Assembly (NCBI GenBank): GCA_030704615.1
Contig: CM060731.1
Span: forward strand, 2,294,001-2,358,000
DNA from: Takakia lepidozioides
Taxonomy: Eukaryota; Plantae; Bryophyta
Direction: 5' to 3'
Length of the DNA stretch: 64,000 nt
Positions 24,843 through 36,600 of this stretch are shown piece by piece. The notes below the pieces were generated by a model that was not told the origin of the DNA, did not search any database, and worked only from the letters and a program-made list of their open reading frames with translations. Position 1 is the stretch's first letter, and every line of letters starts with the position of its first letter. Position numbers and translations under genes: made by a program.

Positions 24843-27221
24843 CTTCCTTCAAGTGCTCAGTCAATGACTACAACGTTTTGACCTGCCCCTAACTTTCCAT
24901 GAAGAAGCGTTTGGCATGGGCCAAATCCAGCTTGATGTTTGACTGCCAACAAAAACATGCAGAAGCGTTACATTCGATTCATGTGGAAAGATTACTGAAA
25001 ATTGGGGAAGGATGGGCAGAGGGAAATGGGAGGACAAATTACTTCGTATATCACCTCCACCATTCCATCCATAGTGAGACGATACCATGTCCGGTCAGTT
25101 TTTGCCACGGCTTTCTGAATGAGCTCGGGCTCCAGCATTTCCGCAAACATGTGCGGATCAGTGAGACCAGTTTTCCTCACCCTGTACAGCATATGTGCCA
25201 TGTGGGTATGCACGTACGCATTTTCAGTGATCCTGCAAGGCACACTCTCCAGTTCAGTCCACGAAAGCACGGAAACAAAACAGATTGGAAACCGAAATGC
25301 GGCACCGCATTTCGAACGTGCTTGGGAGGGTATGAGTATCTTACGAGTTGAGGTCCGCCATGGCATTCTTGAGCAGGGAGGAGTCTGCGGCCTTCACCTT
25401 GAGGATGACACACTCCACCATGTAATGCCAGCCAATGTGCTTGGCATGGTTCTGCTTGATGTACTCCCACCAGGCAAGAAGTCGGTGATTCCCGTCCCAC
25501 ACAAAGAACATTTTACCCGACATATGGCCGAAGTCTGGATCACCCTTCAGCGTTGCCTCGAATTCGTCGTTGCGAGTGTGCCAGTGAATATCCCAGGTTG
25601 ACAATTCATCCGCAGTGGGTCCACGAGATTCGCCGTCCTCATTCTCAAGGGAAACGTAGAAGGCTGGCGAACCTAGACGGTACCCTTCTCGAAATGCGAA
25701 CTTGAGCTTATCCACATCTCCGGGAAGTGCCTGCCTGACGATGGGAAGGGAGACCATGTGACAGAGTGGGATTCAAAGAGTCCGCTGGAATACCCTGCTG
25801 CCCAGAACTCTGCCAATGCTACTGTGTGTCTCCTCCAACATTGTATCCGCTGCACTTTGGAATTCCTTCGGAGACATTTCTGCACGTGGCGGTAGGGGTT
25901 GAGCAGCTGGAGCATCCCCAACTGGAGCTGCACTCTGGGGAATCTTTGTGGGCAATTCTGCAATTGCAGAGGCCTCCTCTGGGCCTGCAGTATTCTGAAG
26001 ATCTTCCTCAACGGTGGTCAGGTCTTGCTGCGAACGTTGAGCGGCAGCACCCTCCTCCGGTACTAGATCGACAAAATCGGTCGATCCCATTGCCTTCGCT
26101 GCAGCAGAGACGCCCCCAACATCACCAGGCTGGAAATCAAGCAGGAACTAGGCTTCAGCTCGTGGAATCGGTTTTGCGGGAGACTGCTCCGCCCTCCCCC
26201 TTGTGCTTCCTCATTCTTGCAGGTGAAGGTGTCTGCTGCAATTGAATCTGCTTCATTTGCGTGGGTGGGGGGGAAACGGCCTAGTCCGGTTCAGAAACAA
26301 GTTGAAGGACGGGCTACTTCTTCTTCGTCTTTGCTCGAGAAGGGCCCGACCCCTGCTGGCGATTCTCCATGACCTTCGAACGCAAGTCGCTCTCTAGGGC
26401 TTTGAACTGCAAAGACTTGCCCTTCGAAGCCGCGTCCTTGAAACGCACAGGGCTAGGCCTGGCAGGAAGACCCGTGCTCGTGGATCGGCTGGGTGTGCGT
26501 GCTGCAGCTAGCTCCACGGACTCTTCATGCGGCTCTTCGGATTCCTGCGATCCCTCCAGCATGTCCACCTTTCCAGTTAGGCATGCAAACATCTTCTGCA
26601 TTCAAGTCTCCTAGCATACAGTCTAAGAATTGCAGAAGAAAAATGAGGGGGGTTTCGGTGCTCGATCAGCTGCGCGAATCCCGATAGCACGGAGCTCTCA
26701 CTGGTGGCTGGGTTGCCTGCGTGGCCTGCTGCTGCGAGTTGGCAATCTCCTCCTGTAGACACATCTGCTTCCTCCCCTTCGGCATTGGCCTACGTCCGAA
26801 GTACAATTTTCGGAGCTTGCGACGATGTCTCTTCTCTGGTGCACGCACTCCCTCCCTCTCAGGTTCGAGCATAAGAAGAATAGAGACAGGGAAAAGGGGC
26901 GAAGAGTGCAGATGGAAAGGGCGCAAGAGGGGTGACTGAGTAGACACGACAAAAGAAGATGAAACGGCGGTGATGCATCACTTGGGTTCGAAAGGCTTGG
27001 ACAAAACTGTCTCCTCGTGGACTATGCGTCATTACAAAATTCAAATCGTCAAGGGTACGCCTGTCGTCCGAAAAACAAACATCATTATCCAACGGTCAGG
27101 CCGCTCCGCCTCCTGCCACTTCAGTCAGATAGAGTGCAAACATGTGCCGCAATTCCGTTGGTCCATGTGTTCACATATCATGGCATTCCGTCCTAACGTC
27201 TGATGAGTTAGAGTGAGAAAG

Positions 27222-28900
27222 CAAATGCGGCGCGGCATTTCTGTTAAGTACCATCCCGAAGCTACACATACCGTACTTGTTGGACGAAAATGCGGCACCG
27301 CATTTCCTTCCCACAGCTCCATGCCTGAGATACAAAAGGGAAATACGGCGCCGCATTTCTGTTCTGGAATGTCGAAAGGTGCGACTCGGACGGAAATGCG
27401 GTGCTGCATTTCAGTTCTGGAATGTCGAAAGGTGCGACTCGGACGGAAATGCGGTGCCGCATTTCAGTTCCCGTGGTTCATGATTTTCAATCAGAACGGA
27501 AATGCGGTACCGCATTTCCGTTCCACCTTCACATACCTTAGTTGTTGAACGGAAATGTCGTGCCGCATTTCCGTTCTGGAGAGTATGAAGGTCTCACCCG
27601 GACGGAAATACGGTGCCGCATTTCCGTCCCACAGCTCCATGCCTCACATACAGAACGGAAATTCGGCGCCGCATTTCTGTTCCGGAATGTCGGAAGGTGC
27701 GACTACGACGGAAATGCGGTGCCGCATTTCCGTTCTGGAATGTCGGAAGGTGCGACTCAGATGGAAATGCGGTGCCGCATTTCCGTTCTGGAATGTCGGA
27801 AGGTGCGACTCGGATGGAAAGGCGGTGCCGCATTTCAGTTCTGATGGTTCACGATTTTCAGTCAAAATGGAAATGCGGTACCGCATTTCCGTTTTGGAGA
27901 GTATGAAGGTCTCCCCAGGACGGAAATGCGGTGCCACATTTCCGTTCTCGAATGTCGGAAGGTGCGACTCGGACGAAAATGTGGTGCCGCATTTCAGTTC
28001 CGATGGTTCACGATTTTCAGTCAGAACGGAAATGCAGTACCGCATTTCCGTTCTAGAGAGTACGAAGGTCTCAACCGGACAGAAATGATGTGCCGCATTT
28101 CCATTCTGGAATGTCGGAAGGTGCGACTCGGACGGAAATGCCGTGCCGCATTTCAATTCCCGTGGTTCATGATTTCAATCAGAACGGAAATGCGGTACCG
28201 CATTTCCGTTCCACCTTCACATACCTTAGTTGTTGAACGGAAATGTCGTGCCGCATTTCTGTTCTGGAGAGTATGAAGGTCTCACTCGGACGGAAATACA
28301 GTGTCGCATTTCCGTGCCATAGCTCCATGCCTCATATACAAAACGAAAATGCGGTGCCGCATTTCCTTTCTGGAATGTCGGAAGGTGCGACTCGGACGGA
28401 AATGCGGTGCCGCATTTCAGTTCCGATGGTTCACTATTTCAGTCAGAACGGAAATGCGGTGCCGCATTTCCGTTCTGGAGAGTATGAAGGTCTCAACCGG
28501 ATGGAAATGCGGTGCCGCATTTCCGTCCCTCAGCTCCATGCCTCAGATACTAAACGCAAATGCGGCGCCGCATTTCTGTTCTGGAATGTCGGAAAGTGCG
28601 ACTCGGACGGAAATGCTGTGCCGCATTTCAGTTCAAGTGGTTCATGATTTTCAATCAGAACGGAAAAGCGGTACCACATTTCCGTTCCACTGTCACATAC
28701 CGTACTTGTTGGATGGAAATGCGGCACCGCATTTCCGTTTTGGAGAGTATAAAGGTTTCCCCCGGACGGAAATTCGGTGCCGGTTTTCCGTCGCAATGGT
28801 GCATGACTAAGATGCAAAACGGAAATGCGGCGCTGTATTTCCGTCCAACAGCAATCAAAAGTATCACTCCGGACGGAAGTGCTGAACCTCATTTTCGCAT
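27222..28900. repeat. Array 2: ~31 palindrome copies at a 53-bp period with five recurring spacer types
   Basis: Palindrome starts at 27286, 27339, 27392, 27445 ... 28821; spacers A-E recur in a degenerate A-B-C-D-E order. Confidence 0.95.
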
Positions 28901-29178
28901 GCGGAACCTCAATTGGTTGCATTGTTCCGAAACAACACAATTGCGGTGTGTCTTAATGAACACAACTTGGTTGTCTAACCGTTTTAACTAACAGTCCCGG
29001 CACTTGTCAGTGCGAACGTTCATGTCTGCACCGAGAATACTGCTGGATCCACCCTTAGGAGAAACTGTCAGGAGATGTTATTTCGTCGCCGAATCGGCCA
29101 TCATTGTCATACTTACTGGATATGGAATCACACCTCCCACCTTCATGCATGTAGCTTGAAACAATACTTTCCACTTCA

Positions 29179-32100
29179 ATGTGCGACTTCCAATCGTCGA
29201 TGGACCCGCAGATCCACTTACATGGTGCCTGTGAGCCTTGGTCTGTCGCTATACTGAACCTCGCACTTGCCAACTTCGTGCGGTCTTCGATGGCTCCGAA
29301 TTCCTACGCTATAGTTTGCTGTCCTCCGCAACTTGGGAGAGCCTGGATCCCAAACGAGGGAAGACTTTGCAGAGTGACTGAAACTTACCTTTGGTCCAAA
29401 TTCAAGCTCAAACCGGGCACAGTTTATTTGGAAGAAGAAAGGAAGGATGTTCCTGGACAGGTTGACGAGACCATTGTCATGCTAGGTAACGACGGAGGTT
29501 GCGAAATCAAATGGCACGTACCCCCATCAAACATCATCCTGTACCGAGTTGTGGGAATGCCCATTCCCTTTCCGAATCAGTCGCTGCCCACACCATCCAC
29601 AAAGGAGTCCGAAAACCGACAGGCGGCCACTGCTAATAGAGAGGTATGCAACGATAATCATTCCCGACCTGGACCGTCAAGACCCTCCATAGTTTCTCGT
29701 GTGGACGTATTCGACATTTCCGACGAGGAAGATGAGTGCATTGAGGTCCCCATGTCCTCCACACGGTCGTTCAAATCTGACATGGACGTCTCTGCAGGTG
29801 CTACGCATGTACCCTCGAGCATAAATCCAACCCGGTCCATTGTGAAGCTCCTACGGCAACATCACCTCGATGGTTCTCGCTCCGAGCTGGCTGCTCTCGA
29901 CTATGCCAAATTTCCAGTCAGGAAGGTAACGTATCTGCCTCCCGAAGTTGATGGCAATGTCATCTTCGAGTTTCCACCTGTTACTTCGTCAAACAAAGCC
30001 TCAGGGATGTTAACAGACATGGATCGAAAGCATGACGGACACCCCTGGTATGTGACAAAGACCAGTAGCACAAAAATTGCTGATGGTGTTCGTGTACGAT
30101 ACGTCCTCTGTGCGGGGAAGTTGAGGTGCCTCAATCCCGCTTGCTTCCACTTTCTCTCCAAAGGAGGGCGGAGAAACGAGACGGATTGGACTGGCACAAC
30201 CCATCATCCATTCATTGTCTCCAGCCAAGCTCCTGCGGGTACTTTCAAGTGCGCACATTGCAAAGAACTACCGACGTGCATGTCCATGTGCAGAGCCAAG
30301 CAATATTACGTAATCCATTTGCTCCCGGACTTGACTAGAGCTTGCATACACGTTGGGGTCCACTGCCACCCTTGGCGAGAGGCAACATGCGTGAGGCTGT
30401 GCAGGAAGCACACGACATCATAAAAGAGGAGGTGAAATTGAGCCCCGGAGCCAAACCAAAGCAGATTCAGCTGAAGGCAGCCCACAAGATTGCTCTTGGC
30501 AAAATCATATCTGAAGATGGTTTAGACCGAGTGCCCTTGAACGAAGAGGAGATGCTTGACCTGTTGGAGTCCGTCTCGCATGTTTGTAGTCCGAATGTGC
30601 GGAATCACATCGTATCTTGCAAGTAGGAGTTCGGCCGGGGGTCGGACATGCACTCAATTCTGGAGGTGAAACGAATGACTGGATATGACTACATCCAAGG
30701 TAGCAGGTTTCCAGGGCAAGGCAACGAATCCGATCGTTGTTACATTTTTAAAATGTCGACGTGTGGGCCTGGGAGTGGAGTCAACTTGGTCACTTGCATG
30801 ACAACTGGAAACTTGTCGAATGCTTGGGTGATGTTTGATCACATCAAGCGAATTACAAACCATCAGTGGGTGACTATGGATGCGCATGTTTATGACTATC
30901 ACTCCAAGAGGCTCATGACGATTGCAATCTGCGAGATGAAAGGGGAGGACACACAGTCGGAGATGCATCTGTGGGAGGGCATAAACGAGCAGATGGCAAG
31001 GGCGGGATTGGCAGAGCCCAATTATAGGGGATTCATGGCAGACAACGCTCAGGCCAACTGGGCAGCGGTGCGGCGTGTGTACGGTGAGGACCCCAATGTT
31101 CCAATGGAGGGGAAGGAGAGATCCTGTGAATTCCATTGGATACAGAGTCTATCTCACTACACTACCAAATTTGTTGCTAGCTCATTCCAGGCTGAACACC
31201 ATGTCCTTTGTACGGCGTGGAAGGATGCACCCACATTTGATGACGCGGAGGTTAAGTTTGCTATCATCGAGGCTTGGTGGAACACGTCAGGTGCAGTGGA
31301 GACAACCAATCTGGGAGCCTTGCACAGCTGGTTGGGTGGTGGCATTTCCGGTATCGACAGTTCGGACAGTACATGCGGGAGGTATGATGGTGTCATTTTC
31401 GTGCAATTGTCTTTCTATTACGGACCTTTCCATTGGTCCCTCACCATTGTTTGTGTCCTTGTAGGAGCGGTGCTTGGATTCTGACACGGACATGCCGAAC
31501 ACGAATATGGCAGAATCAGTGCACTCCTCCTGGCGAGCGTCTTCTGCTGCACATCTGGTGGACGTAGTGACGGCCACAACGGAGGACATCGACAGAGCAA
31601 TCATGCAGCAAGCCACGTACTACAAGTTCCTGAGCGGGAAACAATGGGGCTTTGGGCCGCGACAGGAGGAATTGTTGGTACGAATAGCTTCGAGGTCGAA
31701 GAATCCACTGAAATGGGCGACAACATTGCGAGAGAAGATCAAAGGGACGCCTCTGCACCGCAGAGTGAGCACCTAGAGGGGACATCCGTACTCGCCCTGT
31801 GAGGCGGAGGATTGAAGAGGAACCCGGGTGCGAAGAGGATTCCTGGAGATCCGACAGGAACATTCGGACAACACCTCGAGGGCCCGTCATGTTGCCGCAC
31901 AATGTGTCTTCCAGCAGTGGAAGCCCAAGAAATTCCAGATCGCCATCGCCTTCAAGCGGGGATTCCGTGCGAGAAATTCCCACCGCTCGCTTGCCCCATT
32001 CCGCCCGCTGTTGCAGTATGGCCAATCCATTGTGGAGACGACTGTGTCTGCGTCACAGTGGAGAATTGCTCGCACAAAGCCGTCGTTTCGAGGCAGGTGT

Positions 32101-33623
32101 TCCGCAATTCAAGTGGATACACGACAACGTTGTTTAGAGATGATAAGGAGGAATCCAGATGGGGCTGTCCCTGCTCCTACTTTTATAGGAAGATTTATCC
32201 ATGCAAAGTTTGCGGAGGCGACAACCACCCAGTTCTGGTTCTGCAGGCACGACATTATGACTTGCGTGTATGGAAAGCCCAAGTACGGCATACAAACAAT
32301 GCCAGAGGCTCCCCGGTGTGGCCGGTGGAACCAGGTTGCGATCTGAGTCAGGTTGAGGCCGACGCCCTTACCGCCGCAGGATTTCGGATGGTGCAGCGCA
32401 CTGACGTCCCCAGACAACCATTTCCACTTCCACAGCCTCCACCACCGACCCCTGTGAGAGCAAGAACAATGGGACCCGACAGCTCTAAGCATCCTACACA
32501 CCGTTGGGGGAAACCGAAGAGGCGGCGACCTCCCTCAAAAGTGAACGAGACAAGGATGGGGAATGCAATTCGGATGAACTGTACAATCCAGAGCTCGAAA
32601 GAAGTGCCCCCACCAGGCTTCGGGCGTGTGTATCAGATGGCCACGGCTGTCGCACACCTCACTTCGGTAAGCTCCTCCTCCAGTCATGTTATAGTTACTC
32701 GCTTTGATGCGCGCGCCTGACTCCCAACCTGGCCGCCGGGCCAACTTGGAGTTTCGGCTGCTCACCGGGGCATAACGGTCCCCCTTTGCTCTCCCAAAGA
32801 ACCCTCCACCGATTTGGAACCAGCGGGAATTCCCTTTGGTAGTTGGCAGTCCGGAACAGCTCCTCACTCCTTGGTCGCTTTCCGGCTCGCTCGCTTACTC
32901 ACTAGTTTTTGGTCACCAACGGCTTGCACCGTTCTCGGGGTTACTACTCCCTATATATACTTCTGTAGCTGTCCGCGGGGGTTTCATAACCAGCCATGCC
33001 ATTTTATGGTGAACCACCACAAAAACCCTCGACTCCCGGTGATGAGTCGCGGTGAGTCTTGGCCCACTCACCACGGCCCCTATGGACCGTGATGAGTCCC
33101 AAGACTCCCCACGACTCCCACCACGAGGTCTCCGCCCCCATGGTGAGTCCTATGCCACCCCCACTAAGTCCCGCTAAGCTACCACCACCCCTTGTGGAGC
33201 CACCCCCCCGCAACCCGGTGTGCGGGGCTCCACCTAGTGAGCGCCTCCGCCTCCTTGAGTGCCTTGGGCACTCAAGGGTGCTTCAGCTCCCCATACCTGT
33301 CGCTGCCGCTGCCCCCACCACAGGGGCAGCCCCTCATGTGTCCCGACCCCCTGCCCTCAAGGCAAAGGGCCGCGACAACGGCAGGCTCAGCTGTTTGCAA
33401 TGAGGTGTACACCATCACCATTTCAGAATTACCCACCTGCAATTGCACCGACTTCCAGATCATGGCGAACAAGGGGGCATCATACTGCCCTTGCAAGCAT
33501 CTGTACTACGTGTACCTAAAGAGACTCCGGTGTAATTCCACAACTCATCACTTCATACATGCACCGGTGTTGAGCCCCCAAGAGGTGCACACTCTTCTGA
33601 ATATGGATCCAGGGGACCAGTGA
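29179..33623 (+). pseudogene. MULE transposase with an N-terminal GCM-like zinc domain and a C-terminal SWIM finger
   Basis: DGHPWYVTKTS..CAGKLRCLNPAC..CAHC..C..GVHCHP (WRKY-GCM1 pattern); MFDH..FMADNAQANWAAVRRVYG..CEFHW and TNMAESVHSSW (MULE DDE); TCNCTDF..PCKHLYYV (SWIM). Frameshifts, TAG stops and a probable intron at ~31382-31465. Confidence 0.85.
32648..33377. mobile_element. Solo LTR inserted in the transposase
   Basis: TGTCGC...GCGACA termini; TSD ACGGC at 32643-32647 and 33378-33382; removal restores QMATAGSAVCNEVYT. Confidence 0.88.
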
Positions 33624-36600
33624 GCTTGGCTTGCGGTCCCAACACTATGGTACGCCCATCCTTTTCGGATAGTAGAACTGTACTGCTGCAAGTAGCTCTG
33701 ACTCTAGCCACAGAAAGGTCCGACTTATGTCTTGCCTACCAGTAACATGTTTTGCTCGAACTAAGATAATACTATGTCATTCACTCGTGTTTCCACATGC
33801 ATGTATTTTTGTGTGTTGGAGGGTTCCTGTTTTTCTGCTCTTCCAAACTTTGCTTTCCTCATTCGACCCCCGGCAAGGAAATGCGGCGCCGCATTTCCAA
33901 ATAACGTCGTAGGTACTGGTAGATGCGGCCTTCGCCAACACCAAACCGCCCAGAAATTTCGCACGTGCAAACCCTAATGCGGCACCGCATTTCCCAGTTG
34001 AGTCACAAACCTTTCCCGCCGAATACCCGAAGATAACATAATTGTGCAGACTCTATTGGTTCAATCGCGGCAAAAGGGTCAGCTTCATTCCAATGTTAAG
34101 GCATGTAAAACCGCGGAATACTCTATACAGGCCAGTATGCGACGTCCTTTTGCCGTGGTATACTGGATTTCTCGTTGCACGGTCACTCATTTCCATGAGC
34201 GGATCTACCATGAGCGAACTTGTTACTGACGACATATCTTCGCCGCATTACAGGATCTGGAATTTCCAAAAACGGCAAGGTCAAATTAAAAAAAACTATT
34301 ATTTTAATACTTGTTTAATGTGCCGCATTTCCAAATTTGGAGGAGTCCGCTCATGAAATCCGCGTGTCTTAGACTTCGGCTCACCGCTCATGCGGCTCAT
34401 GCGGCTCATGGCTCATGGCTCATGGTTTCTACTCATGAAATAGTAAACCTCCACTAATCTGGTAGCCATGCATACAGACCTCGCGCCCGAGCTACAGCAC
34501 ACCCACGCCAATTTAACGGTTGCTCGTCGTGAGGCTGTAAATGGATACAATTTGAACCTCAAGATGTGCTACTTGCACGCACATTGAGTCCCCATCCTAA
34601 ATGGGCCCAGCTGCGAGGTAGCCCAAGGTATGCCAGTTCGACAGTCAAGCAGGCAGCTGAGATCTGCGAAATCAATCAAACTTTGCTAGGATTGTCTACA
34701 ACGAGCACAAAACAAAAATTGGATTAAAGAACTTCCATTGCTCATTGCCAACTTAGGCTATGAAATCAAAAGGGCAAAAGTAGAAGCAGTGCATAGAGCA
34801 GTGAAGCAGGATCAGTCCCGAAGTGAAGTCGAGAGTCAAGAACGAGAGCGCTACTGCACCGGCGAGAGCTAAGTACTATAAAACCTCAAGCGAAATCGCA
34901 ACAGGGCAAAAATGGCAGCAGCGCAGAGAGCAGCGAGGCACGATCAGTCCCGAAGTGAAGTGGAGAGGAGAGTCAAGAACAAAAACGCTCCGACAATTGT
35001 TCCCGCCCCACTCCCGTTGGCCGGGAAATGTTTTTGTTCTTTAAATTAGTTATGGCCAATAATTTTTTGACACATCATTTTGCCAGATTATTATACCTCT
35101 TAATTTCGCCCTAATTTTGCCAATTGCATAAATCTAAAATATTGTCATTGATGTCATTCGCATGTCATGGTCATGAGACAAAAGTGGGTCGACCCTACCG
35201 TACTTGGACCCTTACGTAGGTAAGGCCCCGAGTGGAGGACGTTCCCTAACATAAAGCACTGCTGCCACGTGTAAAAGTTTTGAAGAGGAGGAACCTTACG
35301 CATACTGCGTAAGGAACCTCGCCAGCCAGCCAGGCCAGGGCCTTACGCGGAGTAAGGGACCCACAGTAATTTATTCTACATAGGGAACGCCCGAGAAATA
35401 CGAAGGGAAAAACTAGCAATGCTTTACGGTCTTAAAAATAAACAAACTAAATATACAAGAATGTGAGCGAATGGAGCAGTGGACTTATGCAAAGTGCGGA
35501 AAGGAACCTTCGACTTTGACTGCTTTATATTTTTATCCTTCAAGATCCGCAAGATCCCATCTGCTCAACTCTTCCTCACGAGAAATCAAGATAAAGGATA
35601 GTTGGCAATGAGGACTCCAGTGCCAAAGCCAACGTAAATAGCAGCTACTTCCTTTAGCAAGCTAAGATATTGCCCTTGGTTAGGGATCGGCAAATGGCAG
35701 CAATATCCTTTAAACCAACTTAGCACTATCCTTTTCTCATGGGTCCAACCTCGTCTCCAATAGACAGTCTACGGGATGAATATCCCTCATCTTCATCCAC
35801 TATCTATTACCTCACAAGCCCCATTTCCCAAAGCCTTAATCGGTTAAGGGTCGCCTGATACCTAGGTATGTACATTTGAAGAAGCAAGCCTCTTTCTATT
35901 GAAGCACAATGTTGAATGGCCATAAGGGACCTGCACTAAGTGCCCTTAACCCCTAAAGGACGAGCTATTTTTTGGCGGGCCCACTAAAAAAGGGTACATA
36001 CCCTTATGGACGAGGGTGTAACTTCTTACCCCCAATCACCCATGGGGATGAACCTTATACTTATGTGCATATCTACTAGATCCATGTCCTGTCAAAAATA
36101 TAGGCAAATTGACCGTTGCATTCGGGAGATTATAACAAACTAATATGCCCCAATTTGTAAATATATTCAAAAATTGCATGGAAAAAATTGTTTGACCACA
36201 AAATTGAAGTATGGAGTTGAATCTTTCTAGACAAAGGCCCTCCATAATCTGATTATATGGCACCTAAACTACTGCCTCCCTAAAAAATCAGACCAAAATT
36301 CCAAGAATTCAGATAGGCTGCTTTGTATGTGAAATCTTGGGGGTAAATTATCTTGTTTTTTTTTTTTTTTTTTTTTTTTTAAGAAAGGGCCTCGACCCTT
36401 AAACTTTTATATGATAATTATTTGCCTCGACCCTGAAACTTTATTATGATAATTATTTGTGGGGAAAAAAATTAAAACCCCGTTGGAACGCCATACAGGC
36501 ACACACACCGTAATCAGTGAAGGTGGAACTGCCCCCCTAAAAGGAGTGTATCAGTGTGAGAACAACTAGCATCAATCTAGATGGGTGCTAAACATCTCCA

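Larger units (their letters stand above)
7871..26600 (-). pseudogene. Spliced ParB/Srx-like + beta-class N4/N6 DNA methyltransferase-like gene, split by the Gypsy insertion at 11059-24842
   Basis: ParB-like motif IVRQ..KLKFAFREGY..FVWDGNHRLLAW..VECVIL..AMADLN (25341-25757). MTase-like motifs in beta order: DMIILDIPDG (~9345-9375), ARMVLDDKGCVVV, FDAYCFVK, RSPAFIQTIMETCTDVEGTVLDLVCGTG (~8745-8830). In-frame GT-AG introns at 25233-25344, 24943-25042, 10222-10367 and 9010-9105. The frame is restored across the retroelement TSD (HLKE|AGVKSR). Several in-frame TAG stops. The 5' end is approximate. Confidence 0.72.
4686..34451. mobile_element. Giant Mutator-like (MULE) DNA transposon
   Basis: TIRs GGGGGCTGCTATTTCATGAG (4686) and reverse complement GAGGTTTACTATTTCATGAG (ending 34451). 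9-bp TSD CACTAATCT at 4677-4685 and 34452-34460. CATGAGC subterminal repeats at both ends. Internal MULE/SWIM transposase. Confidence 0.9.

Noticed and set aside
27222-28900. True CRISPR array
   Set aside because: Spacers recur in a higher-order pattern instead of being unique, no cas genes are present, and the context is eukaryotic with introns.
27125-28991. Many overlapping ORFs (KCGAAF/EMRCRIS/GNAVPHF), also at 7212-7843
   Set aside because: These are translations of the palindromic repeat in all six frames.
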